Assembly: GCA_964016885.1 (NCBI GenBank)
Contig: OZ024741.1
Coordinates: forward strand, 147,374,001 to 147,438,000
Length of the DNA stretch: 64,000 nt
Reading direction: 5' to 3'
Source: Eledone cirrhosa
Taxonomy: Eukaryota
The notes beneath the pieces were generated by a model, which saw only the letters and a list, made by a program, of their open reading frames with translations, did not search any database and was not told where the DNA came from. Of this stretch, positions 1 through 13,790 are shown in pieces. The position numbers and the translations under genes were made by a program. The first letter of the stretch is position 1; every line of letters begins with the position of its first letter.

Positions 1-68
1 ACATCACTAACACAAGAGAGGTAACACCACAGGAGCATGAGGATAGAGAAAAAGCCCTCAATGCCCAT

Positions 69-2040
69 ATGGTGATGTGGACGAATATAATGCAGCCCAA
101 CAAAAGGACTGCCAACAACTTCCAGGCCTGGAACAATGACGTGCCGGCGTTGTATGGGCTTCGAAAAGACCATAAAACGGGCTGTGACCCTGTCGCGGGA
201 CCACCAACACGGCCAGTCTGTGGAGCTAACATTGCTAGTAACTACAGACTGTCCTACTTCATCTCCCTGATCATACGCCCCATCATTGCGATGTCCCCAG
301 ATGTATGTGACAGCACGGAGGACCTCCTCAGCAGAATCGGCGTGAGTAACCGATCTGGGGACCTAACAAACTGCATAATAGGCAGTATGGATGTTGTGTC
401 CCTGTATCCATCTATTGACGTAGATTTTGCTGTGGAGAAATGCGTAGAAATGATCAGCGAGAGCAAGGTTGAGTTCCGTGGGATTGATACCAGTGAGCTG
501 GGACTTCTACTTAAGCTTACCCATAGTAATAGTTACCTAGACACTTATGACCTTAGCAACCTGTGCCCTACAAGACCAGCAAGAGGCAGACCACCTACCA
601 TTACCTCTATGGCCAAGAAAACCCACACAGATAGATGGAACGGGTGGACCAGAGCCATACGGACACCCGAAAACCATGATGAACTGAAGAAAATGATTGC
701 ACATGCGGTAGGGGCCAGCATAAAATTAACCCTTAAGGAACATATGTTAAAATTTTATGGAAAAACATATGCCCAAGAGGAAGGAGCAACCGTTGGTGTT
801 AGCATTGCAGGCGACATAGCTAACTTATTCATGGTATGGTGGGACAGTAGACTTAAACTTAAACTTAAAGAACAATTAGAAGACAGCTTAACCCTGATAA
901 TGTACTCCCGCTACGTAGATGATATAAACATCGTAGTTAAGACACCCCCACTAGAGAACAGTCAGGAACTAGAGAAAAACACAATGGAAAGCATCCAGCA
1001 AATAGCAAACTCCATCCACCAGAGCATTAGAGTTACTATAGACTACCCAAGTAGACACCCCAACCATCGATTACCTGTACTAGACACAGAGCTCTGGTTA
1101 GATACCATTAACAACCAAAAACAAATCCTCCATTCCCATTATGCCAAACCCATGACTTCCAAACATCTGATCCACCGAAACTCGGCCATTTCGGACCATA
1201 CCAAAATCAACATACTGATTGCGGATTTGGTACGGGTGATGAGAAATGTGTCCCGCATGTGCAACCCCGAAGAACTAGAGAGACACATACAACACTTCAT
1301 CCACCGTATGCAGTTCTCTGGCTACAATCAGAGAGATAGAATCAGAGTGTATAGAGGAGCCAGAACCAAATGGGAAAAAATGGTAAATAATGACATAAAT
1401 GGGACCTGCCCCTTGTATAGGAGCAAATTTTGGAATAGAATAGAAAGAACTAGGAACAAGGCCAATAGAATAAACTCATGGTATGATAGCAATAAATACC
1501 AGAGTGTAATGTTCATCAATACAACCCTAGAGGCGAACTAGCCTACAAATTTAGAAGGGCCCTAAATAAACATAAACTCAATATTAAGATAGTAGAAAGA
1601 CCAGGTACCTCCATAAAAACACTTATTAGCAAGACATACCCGTTCCAAAGACCCTCATGTATAGATAAGAAATGTATAACCTGTAAAATAAGCCCCATAT
1701 TAACTGTAAAACTAGAAATGTAGTGTATAGCATAAGATGTACTGAAGGACAATGTAGAAACAAAAATATAGTGTACATAGGTGAGACAGCTCGTAGTATA
1801 GGGGAACGGATAAATGAACACTGGCGAGACCTTCAAGATAATAAAGAATCATCTGTACTCTACCAACATGCTAAGATAGAACACAAGGGTAAATTAGAGA
1901 ACATAGAAATAAAAATAGAATCCACACACAGAAAAGATGCAATGTTTAGGCAAATTACAGAGGCAGTAAGCATAAAAGAATTACAACCAAAATTAAATAG
2001 AAAATATGAGTGGAACAGCAACATCACAACTTACAATTAA
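69..2040 (+). pseudogene. PLE reverse transcriptase + GIY-YIG endonuclease, frameshifts near 1530 and 1697
   Basis: ORFs 69-1541 and 1723-2040. The intervening frame reads GELAYKFRRALNKHKLNIKIVERPG..CIDKKCITC. Confidence 0.88.
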
Positions 2041-2244
2041 GGACAAAATGAAAACACACACACACATAGAACAAACAACCAACCAACAACATGTAAATAA
2101 ATAAACAAATAGATAAATGAACACAAACACACACAGACACCCGGATGTGGCGCATGCGCAAACTGAGCACACAACACACACACAGAAATAAAATGGCGTA
2201 GGACAGAAGAAAGGAAAGGCACAGAAACAAAGAAAGGAATCCCC

Positions 2245-2289
2245 AGTCACTGAAGAGGTCACAGAGTGTGTGACGAAAGGACTATGACT
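2245..2289 (+). ncRNA. Minimal type I hammerhead ribozyme motif
   Basis: AGTCA-CTGAAGA-g-GTCAC..GTGAC-GAAA-ggac-TA-TGACT. Helices I and II pair. Confidence 0.8.
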
Positions 2290-2555
2290 ATATATAAACA
2301 ACTATCTGGTTGTGGAACCAACCAACCAACCAGAAATTTATAAGTTTGTAGATTTGTAAATTTATAAATTTATAAATATATAATAAATTGAAGTGAAAGC
2401 AACTGGTGCGTGTGTTTCTTATTGGCAACATGACCCTCCCAAAGTATAACAATATCGGTTTCAACACAGGATTTCAGATAAAGAATCTAGCTAAACAAAT
2501 TCAGAAACGAAATATATATATATACATTTATATATATATACATATATATATATAC

Positions 2556-2918
<363 letters not shown>

Positions 2919-2977
2919 GTAGATATATATAAATGTAGATATATATATATTTATATATATATATATATATATATATA

Positions 2978-3996
2978 GTTATATTTGGGGAGGGTCATAT
3001 TTGTGTAATATTGCCAGAATTAATAACAGAACACACTCACTATTTGGTTGGTTTTCGCTTCTCGCTGTCTTTTATATCGGTAATCTCACTTACTCGGTCC
3101 TCAATCGGTAATCTAACTGACCGACGGTCAAAAATAATACAGATACAATATAGACACAAACACATATATATAGTTTATCATAAATCTTTCGTTGCACATC
3201 TGCAACATCGTCAGTGGTGTTATATTTTCCTCCTGTTGTGTTGTATGTCTACGCCATTTTTATTCAGTCTGTCTATATATTTATTTATTTATTTGCTTGT
3301 TTGTTTATTTTATATCGTCTTCTCTGCGCATGCGTTTGCGTGTGTGTATAGTGTTATGTTTGCTGTGTGATGGGTGACTAGTGTGTGTTTATGTGCTTGT
3401 TGTTATTGTGCTTGTGTATGTATTTATTTATTTATTTATCTTATTTTATTTACTTATTTATACTTCTCTTAGGTCAGTGTTGTTTGTTTGGGTGTTGTTG
3501 TTATTCCATTCATTCTTTCTGTTTAGCTTTGGTCTTCTAATTTCTATTTCACTGGCCTCTCTGATTTGCCTATCTGCTGGGTCATTTCTATGTTTAGATA
3601 TTATTCTAATTTCTATGTTGTCTATGTTACCGTCATGTTGTTGTCTAGCATGTTCGTATAGTACTGACCCGTTTTTTCGTCCTTTTAGTTCCCCCCAGTG
3701 TTGGTCTATCCTTTTACCTATGCTACGAGCTGTCTCACCTATGTATGTTGTTGTCCCGTATGCGGAGCTAATATAGCTAGCAACTACAGGATCTCCTACT
3801 TCCTCTCAATGGTTATACGCCCCATAATCAAGATGTCCCCAGATGTATGTGACAGTACAGAGGACCTCCTCAGCAGAATCAGTGAGTGCAACAAAAACAG
3901 GAGCCTATCCAACTGCATAATAGGCAGCATGGATTGGATGTGGTGTCACTGTACCCATCCATTAACATTGATTTTGCTGTGAAAAGATGTTTGCAT
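2978..3996. mobile_element. Related PLE copy with inversion: GIY-YIG and 3'UTR on - (2978-3750), RT fragment on + (3750-3996)
   Basis: The + part encodes PVCGANIASNYRISYF..CDSTEDLL, as in ORF 69-1541. The - part encodes YIGETARSIGKRIDQHW..RQIREA. Confidence 0.85.
3177..3218 (-). ncRNA. Hammerhead ribozyme motif
   Basis: Reverse complement reads acca-CTGACGA-t-GTTGCA-gatg-TGCAAC-GAAA-gatt-TA-tgat. Confidence 0.75.
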
Positions 3997-3997
3997 G

Positions 3998-4031
<34 letters not shown>

Positions 4032-4076
4032 GTATATATATATATGTGTATATATATATATATGTATATATATGTA

Positions 4077-4660
<584 letters not shown>

Positions 4661-4697
4661 GTCACGGGTAGTCTACGATATATATATACATAGATAA

Positions 4698-4848
4698 GTT
4701 TCTATTTATTTGCCACAGGGCACAAAAGAAAGGGACTAATACAGGGGAGGGGTTACATACATTTAAAGGACGTGTAAAACATATAACAAATAAAATTAAA
4801 CAATCGAAGTCCTCAATAGGGAGGGGGCGTTGACGTGGGTCGCACACA
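4698..4848 (-). mobile_element. Solo 3'UTR fragment of the Tx1-like LINE
   Basis: Matches 5341-5495 and is flanked by TAGA/TA repeats. Confidence 0.8.
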
Positions 4849-5340
4849 TATATATATACATACATAGATAGATTCAAAATAAACACCATCAACAACATCA
4901 CATAAACCACCACCACCACCCACTACACCATCACTACTACCAACACCATCCTCCACCACCATATATTTTAAACTCCTGTCAAATAATTCAATGAAAGCAC
5001 ACCACCAAAAAAAAAAAAAGTCCCCGCACCCCGGGGGTTCAAAAGGTGGGGGTATGGACAACTTTGTCTTCTTTACAGAAGATGTAAACATTTGTTCTTT
5101 CAAAGTAAAAAATATCGTAGAGGGTATAGCAAAGGAGAGATAATTTGGTGATCTAATGAGAGAAGGGGAAATGTGAGTGAGAGTGAAGTATGTAGTGGGA
5201 TATAGAGAGCGGGAGAGAATTTGTTGGTTTAGTTAGTGAGAGTGAGGTATGTGGGGGGAGTATAGAGGGGGCGAGAGTTTGTGGGTCTAATTAGAGAGGG
5301 AGAATAGTGAACGCGAGTGAGGTATGTAGTGAGATATATA

Positions 5341-8300
5341 TTTCTATTTATTTGCCACCAGGGCATCAAAGATTGGGACAAATACAAAGGAGGGAGTTTA
5401 CATACATTTAAAAAGACGTGTAAAAAACATATAACAAATTAAATTTAACAATCGATGTCCTCAATAGGGAGGGGCGTTGACATGGGTCGCACACACCCCC
5501 GAAAGAATTTGCAACCCTCCTCTTCAGGAGCACAAAGAGCGGGTGCTTCCTTCCTCTTCTCATTCTTCTCCTCTCTCACCTACAGGCTGATATAGAGAGA
5601 AGGCCCATTCACTCGGGCCATTTTCGCTACTTTCACCCATCTTTCATAAAACTTGCTGGGGTAGAGCACCTCTCTCTCCATTCTGATCCTTCTTCTAAAG
5701 TGGTACTTGAAAAAAAAGACCAGTTGTTGGCCGGAGAGAAAGGTGTCTGACCTCAGCCCTTTCAACCTTGTCCACCATACAACTTCTTTCGCCATGGCTA
5801 TCACACAGAAGAAAACCGCCTCTCCTTCGTTTTTGAAAGGTGGAGGCGGTTTGATTGTGACAATGTTCTCGGTGGTCAACCGGATTGGTCCCACCCGCGA
5901 CAGTAGTCGTTCTACATAGCCCCACAGGTCAGCAACGCCCGGGCAGTGTACGAATGCGTGTGCGACGGTTTCCTCGTCACGCACGCATCTTGGACAGATA
6001 TTCTTCGAGGGGTCCCTACCCGGGCGCCCGTGTCTGTAGAGCTTGTCCCGAACGGGTAGAGATCCTCGGTAACATTGTCAAGCCAGGGACATTTGGAAGT
6101 TGTCCATCGGTCCCGGGCCAAACGTCCTACCGAACAGACTGGCCAGCTCGTCTTCCTCCATGCCCAGAGCCTCTCCGAGAGCGTCGTCGCACTTACTGCG
6201 CACCAACCCTCTATAGAATGTTTAGGTTGAGTCTCCACTGATTGCCGGATCCGCTTGCCAGAGGGCCGTGAGCGCTTGGGCACATTCAATGTGCCAGTCG
6301 CCCACTTTTCTCGGTCTTTGCTTGACCCAGGATTGCAGCTCGGTGAGTGAGACGAGTCTCGGAAAAGCTCGCCTCACAAACAGGGCCCACACCGGCTGAC
6401 CGGTGAGGAATACCTGGAGGTGCCGTAGCCTTAATGCGTGTCTACGCATCCTCAGCCACGGCATCCCCAGCCCTCCGTTCGAAGGGTGTTGACAGCAGAT
6501 AGATCTTCTCACCAAAGGAGCCCGCTTCTTCCAAAGAAATCGGAAGAGCGCGCGCTCCATTTTGGCGAGTGTTTTCTCTGGGCAAGGCACGACGGTCAAG
6601 CGGTAGTAGATGACTGACGCTATATAAGCGTTCGCCACCTCCGCTCGACCTTTCAGGGATAGTTTCCACTCGGCCCACTTCTGGGCGAGTGCAAACACCT
6701 TGCCCGTTACCTCGTCCCAGTTTTTCTCCACCTGGAGGTTCGGTCCGAACCAGACACCGAGCAGCTTCACCCGTCTCTCCGTCCAGCGTCCGACGATGCC
6801 GTCGGAGGGCATCGTTTTGCCCCTCCACGTCCCGAGTTGCAAACCGACGGACTTGGCTCCTGTGAACCTTTCATATTCCTCTAGTAAGGTGCCGATCTGC
6901 CCGATTTCCGAGGCGCACGACACCATTACTGTCACGTCATCGGCGTAGGCCGACACCGCTTTCCGCAATCCCGGTTCCAAGGGGATGCCCTGCAACAGCT
7001 CCAGCTTCCGCAATAGTGGCTCGAGAGCCAGCACATACAGGAGGGAGGAGAGAGGGCATCCCTGTCGAATGGATCGCGTGATTTGGAACGGCTCCGAGAG
7101 GTAGCCGTTCACCTTGACCCTCGAGCAGGTGTTGCTGCTGTGCATTGCAGCAATCCAGCCCCTGAAAACGGGTCCGAAGCCTGCCGCCGCGAGCACCGCA
7201 TCCAGGTACCGATGGTCAACCCTATCGAACGCTTTAGATTGATCCAAGTTGATCAGGGCCCCACCAAAGCCGGGTTCGTTTCCTACCCTCTCTACGATGT
7301 ATCGCATGAGGTGGAGGATGTCGTGTATGGGCCTGGACGGGATTGCGCATGTCTGCGCTTCTCCCACCAGGTTCCCGACGACAAGCGCCAACCTCTCCGC
7401 TAACACCTTGGCCAAAATCTTTAACTCTGTGTTTAGCAGAGTTATGGGCCTGAAGTTATCTATGTCATCCCCCTTGTTCTCGTCCTTCCTCGCCAGTGTG
7501 ACTACGCCCTTGGTCACACAACTGGGAATTCTCCCGTTCTGTTGCCAGTTGCAGTAGACCGCCTCGAGGAGACCGGAGAACAAGCCCGGCATCGCTACAT
7601 AAAGTTCGTATGGTAGACCATCGAGACCCGGAGATTTGCGTTTGCTGCATTGGCTCAGCGCTTCCCCTATTTCAGCGGCTGAAATCGGCCTCTCTCAGGA
7701 CTTCGCCTCTCCGTTCGAGAGCCGCGCCAGACCGTTGAGGTATGGACCGAAATCCATGGCCCCACCCGGCCCGCCGCCCCTCCCGAACAGTCGTGCAAAG
7801 CGCCGTTGAAAGGCCGCGCTCATCTGCTCAGGTTCAAGGATCACGCGTCCATCCTGGTCCTTCAAAGACCGACTCGTGGACTTGTTTCCACTTTTTGCCT
7901 CTGTCACTCGGGCCCAGCTAACAGCTTTGGCCCCCTCGTTACCCAGAGCACGTATTTTACTCCTGACAACGCAGCCCTCGTGCTTCGCATCAAAGAACTG
8001 GTCTAGGGCCGTTCTTGACGCCAGCACGCCGGCCACGTTGCCATTCCTAATTGCCTCTTCTACTCTATTTGTTAATTCCCTTTCAGTTCTATTCCTATCT
8101 GATGCTAATTCCCGACTAAAACCTATCGATTCTATTCTAATTTCTCTCTTGAGAGAGCCCCACCACCTGTTGTTGACAATTGCCCCCGTCAAACGCTGCT
8201 TAACTAGTGTGCTAATCCGCTTACTGTAAGCTTTGTTTGTCGGTAAAGACAAGTTTAGCTTCCAGTAACCGGGTCCCTGTCTATGAGTTCTATCAAGGTT

Positions 8301-10445
8301 GACCACTCCGGTCACCAATTTGTGATCCGAATAGTCAACCATGAACATTCGTGGACAGCTTAATATGTCCCTATCCTTATTTCTAACTAGGAACCTATCT
8401 AGGTACGACCTAGATGTTCCGCTGCGATTACTCCACGTCCACCGTGGCACAGTCGGAAAATCTAGTCGATATCTATCGGCCAGATCAAATCGGCCGATTT
8501 ATCGTTTGAGGCTGTTACACCCCCGTCTATCGAGACATGCCCCTACATAGTCCCAACGTGCATCCAGGATACCATTCCAGTCCCCCACTAAAAGCAAGGA
8601 GCGAGACGTTCCCAGGAAATTCTCCAGGCGTCGGAAGAAGTCCGGTCGCGGTGTCCCAGATGGGGCATACGCTGCCACCAGCCTGAAAGCTCCACCTTCA
8701 CCACTGCCGACGTCTAAAACCACCAGTCGACCCTCCGGGTCCAGGTGTACCTTCTGTGTGGCAAGACCCAGGTATTTTCGCAGCAGAACGACAACCCCAC
8801 CCCACCCCTCGGCTGACAGAGAGATGCGTAGATCTCAAAGTCGTCGAAGAGGGGGGCCAGTTGGCGCTCGCTGCTGATCCTGGACTCGCAAATAACCATT
8901 ACATCCACTCTGTGCGACCTGAGGTCATTTAAGAGTTTGCCCTGTTTCCAGGACATCCCCAAGCCGCGTGCATTCACACATCCAACTCTTATATTGGCCA
9001 TGTTGGTGCTGAAGAGGTAAAAAGGAAGAGGAAAGGAAATTACTTACCTCTTCGTCTCCTGGGGACCAGGCTGCACAATTTCCATGGGGGTGTTGGAAGG
9101 GTTGTTTGGTGGGGTGGTGGTTTGTGGTGGGGTGAGGACATCAGTGTGTGGTGGGATTAGGGTGTTTGGTGGGGTGGGGTGTCTGGTGTGGGGTGGGGAA
9201 ACATCTCAATAGGACGCTGTTAAGTGGTTTAGTGCAGGTGGTCCCCACATGCATTGGATGGTTCTTTTTCAGAGTTACATAGGTTTCCGTTGGGACCCTA
9301 ATCATCATTATGTGCGGTTTGTTCGCTGCGTAGGTGAAAGTTATCCCTTCGGTTTCCACCGAAGGGTTATTGTCTATTGCTTTCATCAAAGTTTTATTGT
9401 TCTTGTTAATGTATGTATAGAGTTTTTGTTGTGTTGTGTTTGTATTTGTTTTTGTTTGTTGTTCTTGTGCGTGTTTGCGTTTTGTATTATGTGTTATGTT
9501 TTCGGGGGGGGGGGTTGTGATGTTTGTTCTGTTTGTGCTGGTGGTTGTGTGTTTGTTGCATTTTTGTTAATGTGGTGCCTTTTTTTTCCTTTTCACCTGT
9601 TGGAAGGGTTCTCCCTCGTCGTCACTGGGTGACGTTGATACGGAGTCCTCTTCCGTGTTGTTGGGGAGGGGTATATTTTGGGGTTTTGTTGTGGTTGCTT
9701 TTGTATTTGTTTTACGTGGGGAGGGGTTGGGTGGAACAGTGTCTTGTGTTGTTATTTTTCCGTGTTGTTGTGGTTGTTGTTGTTGTTGTTGTGGTGGTGG
9801 TGGTGGTGGTGGTGGTGGTGGTGGTTGTGGTGGTGGTGGTGGTGGTGGTTGTTGTTGTGTTGTTGTGTTCGGGGTTGGCAGAAGAGCTTTTTTTTTTACT
9901 CGTTAATTGAGGACAGGCAGCCCTCAGGTGACCCCTGCTTAAGCAGTGGTAACATGACGGCCGCCTTCCCTCCACTGAAATATTTATATAAGTTAGCCCG
10001 TCCAGAGGCACGCGTTGTGGGATATTCGCTATTCGTTCTGGGCTCATTTGTACCAGAACTTCTACGCTGGTCCCACCAAATACACCTCCGGAGGACTTTC
10101 CTACTGAAATTATCCTGTCTTCATCAAAGTCAATGAATCCACATAGTATCCACCAAATATTTACATTTGGTGTGATACTCATAATTTTTATTCATTGTGT
10201 CCTTTTTTCCCTGTATGTGGGGGAAAAAGATGAAGCGGGGGGACACAATGGGTGATACAGAGTATTTTTGTGCTGTTGGCTGGTTATTCATTAGCACCGA
10301 AATGCTACCAAACAGTTTTCCTTTTTGGATGAAGGTTATGTCCTTCATTGCATCTTTTAAAACCAGCTCAATTTCATTTTGTGATAATTGAGCTGGTTTT
10401 CTTGTTTCGTTCGATATTGTCCTGAAAACCACAGTTCTATCGTTA
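5341..10445 (-). mobile_element. Tx1/L1-clade non-LTR retrotransposon copy A, 5'-truncated
   Basis: ORF1 remnant with CCHC knuckle (CYHCLSRGHLRAAC). ORF2 has APE, RT and a C-terminal Zn finger. The 3'UTR has AATAAA. Confidence 0.93.
5580..9001 (-). pseudogene. Tx1-like ORF2 (APE endonuclease + RT), frameshifted
   Basis: Fragments carry NARGL, VGDWN, YLDRF, SDH, FRPITLLN, LDQSKAFDRV, RQGCPLS, YADD and EETVAHAFVHC. Confidence 0.92.
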
Positions 10446-11455
10446 ACCGGTAGAGGTCGTGATAGAGTTATGTAATATGCTTCGGTGAGACAGAGGTCAC
10501 AAGATTTTCTTCGTCCATTAAACGGTTGGGCCCCAGCCAAGATATCCCATGTTAGTGAGTGTTCAATGCTGGTTAATTTAAGGTTTTTAATGAGCCTAGC
10601 TAGAGATGTCAAACATCTGTTGTTAGGGTCTCGGAAGGAAAAAGAGCGCGCGTTATAGCGTACTTTAAAAGGGTTAGAGGTAGACCCGATATAGGAGCTG
10701 GTATGCGAAGCAGTTTTAACCGTGCACCTATAGACTATGTTGGATGTCAGGCAATGTCCATTTAGTGGGCATGCATTAGGGTAACGGCAGTTGCAGTTAC
10801 TTCTGCGGTTAGTGAGAGTAGGGTTGTTTAACCTAAGCGGTTGGTCAGTGCTAGAAGGATTAGATGGGGGATGTGTGCTACTAGAGTAAGTATTGGTGTA
10901 GTGGCGTAGTGTATTTGATGGGGGGTACCGCGGTGTGGGAGTTATACTGTCTTAGTTTATGATGGTTACTGAATGCGATGTGGCTAGCTAGGTTAGGCGT
11001 TGTGGAGAATGAGATTTTAATGTTATTTTTATTAAAGAGTTTGTAATATCTATGGTTGGGGGGGATGTTTAGATAGGATAGAGAAGAAGCGTTTAGGGAT
11101 GTTATTGGCTAGATTAGATGAGAATGGGGGCTTAAGCCAGGTGATATTTCTAGGCCTATTCCTTCTAGGGTTTCTAGTGGAGTTGGTAGGGGCCTTCATA
11201 GGGTTATTATTACCTGGGCATTTGTTATTTGTCATCCCATTGCTCGTTCCTATTCTAGGGTTGATTTTTAGTTTGCTACTTGGAGTGGGAAGCAGGCCAC
11301 TGCCACCATTAGGGCTCCCTGTATAAGTGCTGTTACTGCTAAAATTCCGGCGAATCTGGCTATATGCTAAGGTATTTCTAGTTCTAGTGTTAAGTTTATT
11401 ATGGTTGTGGTGAATTGGTGTGTTATGGCATTTAGGTGAAATACCAATATATGGA
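10446..11455 (-). mobile_element. Degenerate PLE of a second clade (Neptune-like): thumb, linker and GIY-YIG
   Basis: Translates to WLKPPFSSN, CNCRYPNACPLNGHCLTSNIVY..YIGST..KVRY, and CDLCLTEAYYI. Confidence 0.85.
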
Positions 11456-11508
11456 ACATTACATTTATGTAACATTCTTTCCTTATTTTAATTTATATTC
11501 CTTTTGAA

Positions 11509-11626
11509 GTTCCGATGAGCTGCTCTATGTTTACCTATGTTAATTATTTCAACTGAACCAGATCAATAATGATATATAATCATTTGATCCAGAAATATTA
11601 TATGGAGTAGCGAAACAATTGTAAAC
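11509..11626 (+). ncRNA. Hammerhead motif with long loop 2 and variant core CCGATGA
   Basis: 11-bp helix II GCTGCTCTATG/TATGGAGTAGC followed by GAAA-CAATTG-TA. Confidence 0.65.
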
Positions 11627-11736
11627 GGACATTATTATTATTATTCTCTACATTCCTTACATCAAACTAAAATATGTTGACAATCTATTAATAATGTCTT
11701 CCCTGTGAAATTTGTGGTCTTGTTTTGCTTAACTAA

Positions 11737-11794
<58 letters not shown>

Positions 11795-11976
11795 GTCACC
11801 CGGAAAACCCTATATCTCGGGAACCAGTGCACCGATTTACGCGAAACTTGTTTTATTCCATTTGTATTCCTATTTCAGGAGCAACTTCCTTTCAAAGTAT
11901 TTTCCCATTATGCGCCGTTTTAACTGTATTGATTTACAAACAGGCACACAATCACAGAGTTTTAGTAGTATATAGA
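11795..11976 (-). mobile_element. 5' end of a non-autonomous Helitron-like repeat
   Basis: Reverse complement begins TCTATATACTACTAAAACTC and is homologous to 60077-60245. Confidence 0.6.
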
Positions 11977-11980
11977 TATA

Positions 11981-12102
11981 TGGTGAAGGCGCGTGGCTGA
12001 GTGGTTAGAGAATTGAATTTGCAATCATGAGATTGTGAATTCGATTTCCGGACCAAGCGATGCGTTATGTCCTTAGGCAAGACACTTTATTTCACGTTAC
12101 TC
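11981..12102 (+). mobile_element. tRNA-derived SINE, 5' part
   Basis: A-box-like TGGCTGAGTGG and B-box-like ATTCGATTTCC. Related heads at 12724, 16897, 28455 and 58030. Confidence 0.7.
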
Positions 12103-12212
12103 CTTCTACCTGGAGTTACGATCGATAGATAGTATTAGCAATTGGAAAGTCCAATGGAAACATTGTTTCCTAGGTCCGATTTGACGAAAGTCGATCGACT
12201 GTCGATAGGTAT

Positions 12213-12437
12213 ATGAAAATTTGAAAGTATGAGCATCCCAAACGCAAAAATTAACTGTAATAACAGTCGATCACTATAGGTATTAGTTGAAAACATTGGG
12301 TAAATTACCCTTGGTGAAGGAAAAATGTTGACAGAAGAGAACTCAATTTTCTCAAATATTATCTATGGTTATCGAGTGTTATTAAAGTTATTTTCTGCGT
12401 TTGGGACGCTCATATTTTTTTTAATTTTCAGTTTTCA
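12213..12437. repeat. Imperfect inverted repeat (fold-back or MITE-like)
   Basis: Arms ~12213-12298 and ~12345-12437. A related arm lies at 23030-23118. Confidence 0.7.
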
Positions 12438-13702
12438 TATAAGGTTTAATGTATTAATTTATTTGTAAAATCCGTATTATTTGTTTTACCCCAAAATGGG
12501 ATTCATATTTCGTATTTGTGACAATCAAATCATTTGTTTATTTCGACTAAGTGACCTGGCAGTGTAAATATAATTTCGCACAAGTTGAGTTTTAACGAAA
12601 ACAGAGAACATCTGATTGATTTGCCAACTTTAAGTGCAATCGATTCACATAACAGTTAAAATCTGTACTAACATACATAGAAGACGTTTTTAGCTTAAAA
12701 CAATCAGCCTAATGACACTTCTTTGAAGGCGCATGGCCAAGTAGTTAGCTGGAATTTGGAGTTTATTGAAATGAAACCACCGTAGGATAGCATGGAAAAC
12801 CTTTAACCTTTTTGATACCAACCCAGCTAAAACTGGCATTGGTTCTCTGAAAACAAATCACCCATTTTATCGAGCTTTATTTAAATTAAAGTCTTCCAAA
12901 AATTTTATATAAGAGTCATGTGTGAATTTATTATTTTAGTAATGAAATAATTGATAATTTTAGTAAATACCTTATAATTTTTCATTAACTACTTGAAATA
13001 GAGTGTATTTCATTAGAAATACACAAAAGGGCTAACCGAACAAAGATCAATATTCAGAAATATTTCTGAATATTGCTGTTAGAGTTGTAGGAAAACGTTC
13101 TCTTCAAAACATACGATATGGATAAATCCCGAGGTGAAACATGTGGAAAGTATTTATCCGAAGGACAAAGAATACATATTTCACTGTTATATATGTAGGA
13201 AATATTTCATTAAGTTATGTCCCAAACACCAACTTAATAACGAGATAGTTATTTTACTAAATCCTTCCAAATACTTGGTTATTTTCAAAATAATTGGAAG
13301 ACAATACGGATTGTTTTCAATTAAAATATTGTAGCGAAAGGGTTGATGTAAAAATCTGCCTGCGTCTAATTCAAATCTTGAATACTACTGTATATTTTTT
13401 TCGTAAACTTATTTCTTCAAAATATGTTTCAACCACATCCAATGGTACAACTTATATCCTGGTAAACAGGTAATTGACCTATAAATCGTGGAGTGAAATC
13501 AAAATAAAACCTTAACTTTTATAGGTTAATTTTTGCTATTTAGAGTTTCCTGAAAAAAAGGAGTCGATCTTTAACCAGACCAAGGAAACTTTTTCCAATG
13601 CACTTCCATCATTGGCTTTTTTTTTCTCCCCAATTTCTCATTTTCCCTGTTCCTTCCTCTCATCACTCTTTACTTTCTATTTATCTTTTATTTCTAATTC
13701 TA

Positions 13703-13738
13703 TCTTCTGTTGAAGGACTAGTGTCCGAAACGTTAAGA
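13703..13738 (+). ncRNA. Minimal hammerhead motif with variant core CTGTTGA
   Basis: TCTT-CTGTTGA-a-GGAC-tagt-GTCC-GAAA-CG-TT-AAGA, 12 nt before a (TA)n tract. Confidence 0.7.
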
Positions 13739-13749
13739 CTCTTTTCCTG

Positions 13750-13790
<41 letters not shown>

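Larger units (their letters stand above)
1..2510 (+). mobile_element. Penelope-like retroelement (Naiad-like by inference), 5' part outside the window, 3' end in (TA)n
   Basis: RT ORF 69-1541 (SMDVVSLYPSI, YAQEEG, RYVDDI, LPVLD). A frameshifted Cys-rich linker (CxxxxCxxC..C) follows, then GIY-YIG 1723-2040 (VYSIRC..YIGETAR..RINEH). The 3'UTR has a hammerhead motif and ends TTCAGAAACGA before (TA)n. Confidence 0.9.

Noticed and set aside
10130-10612. 160-aa ORF fusing a GIY-YIG C-terminus to Tx1 ORF1
   Set aside because: It is a chance in-frame junction of two decayed elements near 10445.
11981-12055. tRNA-like sequences here and at 58030-58105
   Set aside because: They form no clean cloverleaf and match the repeated SINE head.
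12802-13345. Further piggyBac-like MITE ends
   Set aside because: The TIRs and TTAA sites are too degraded to pair with confidence.
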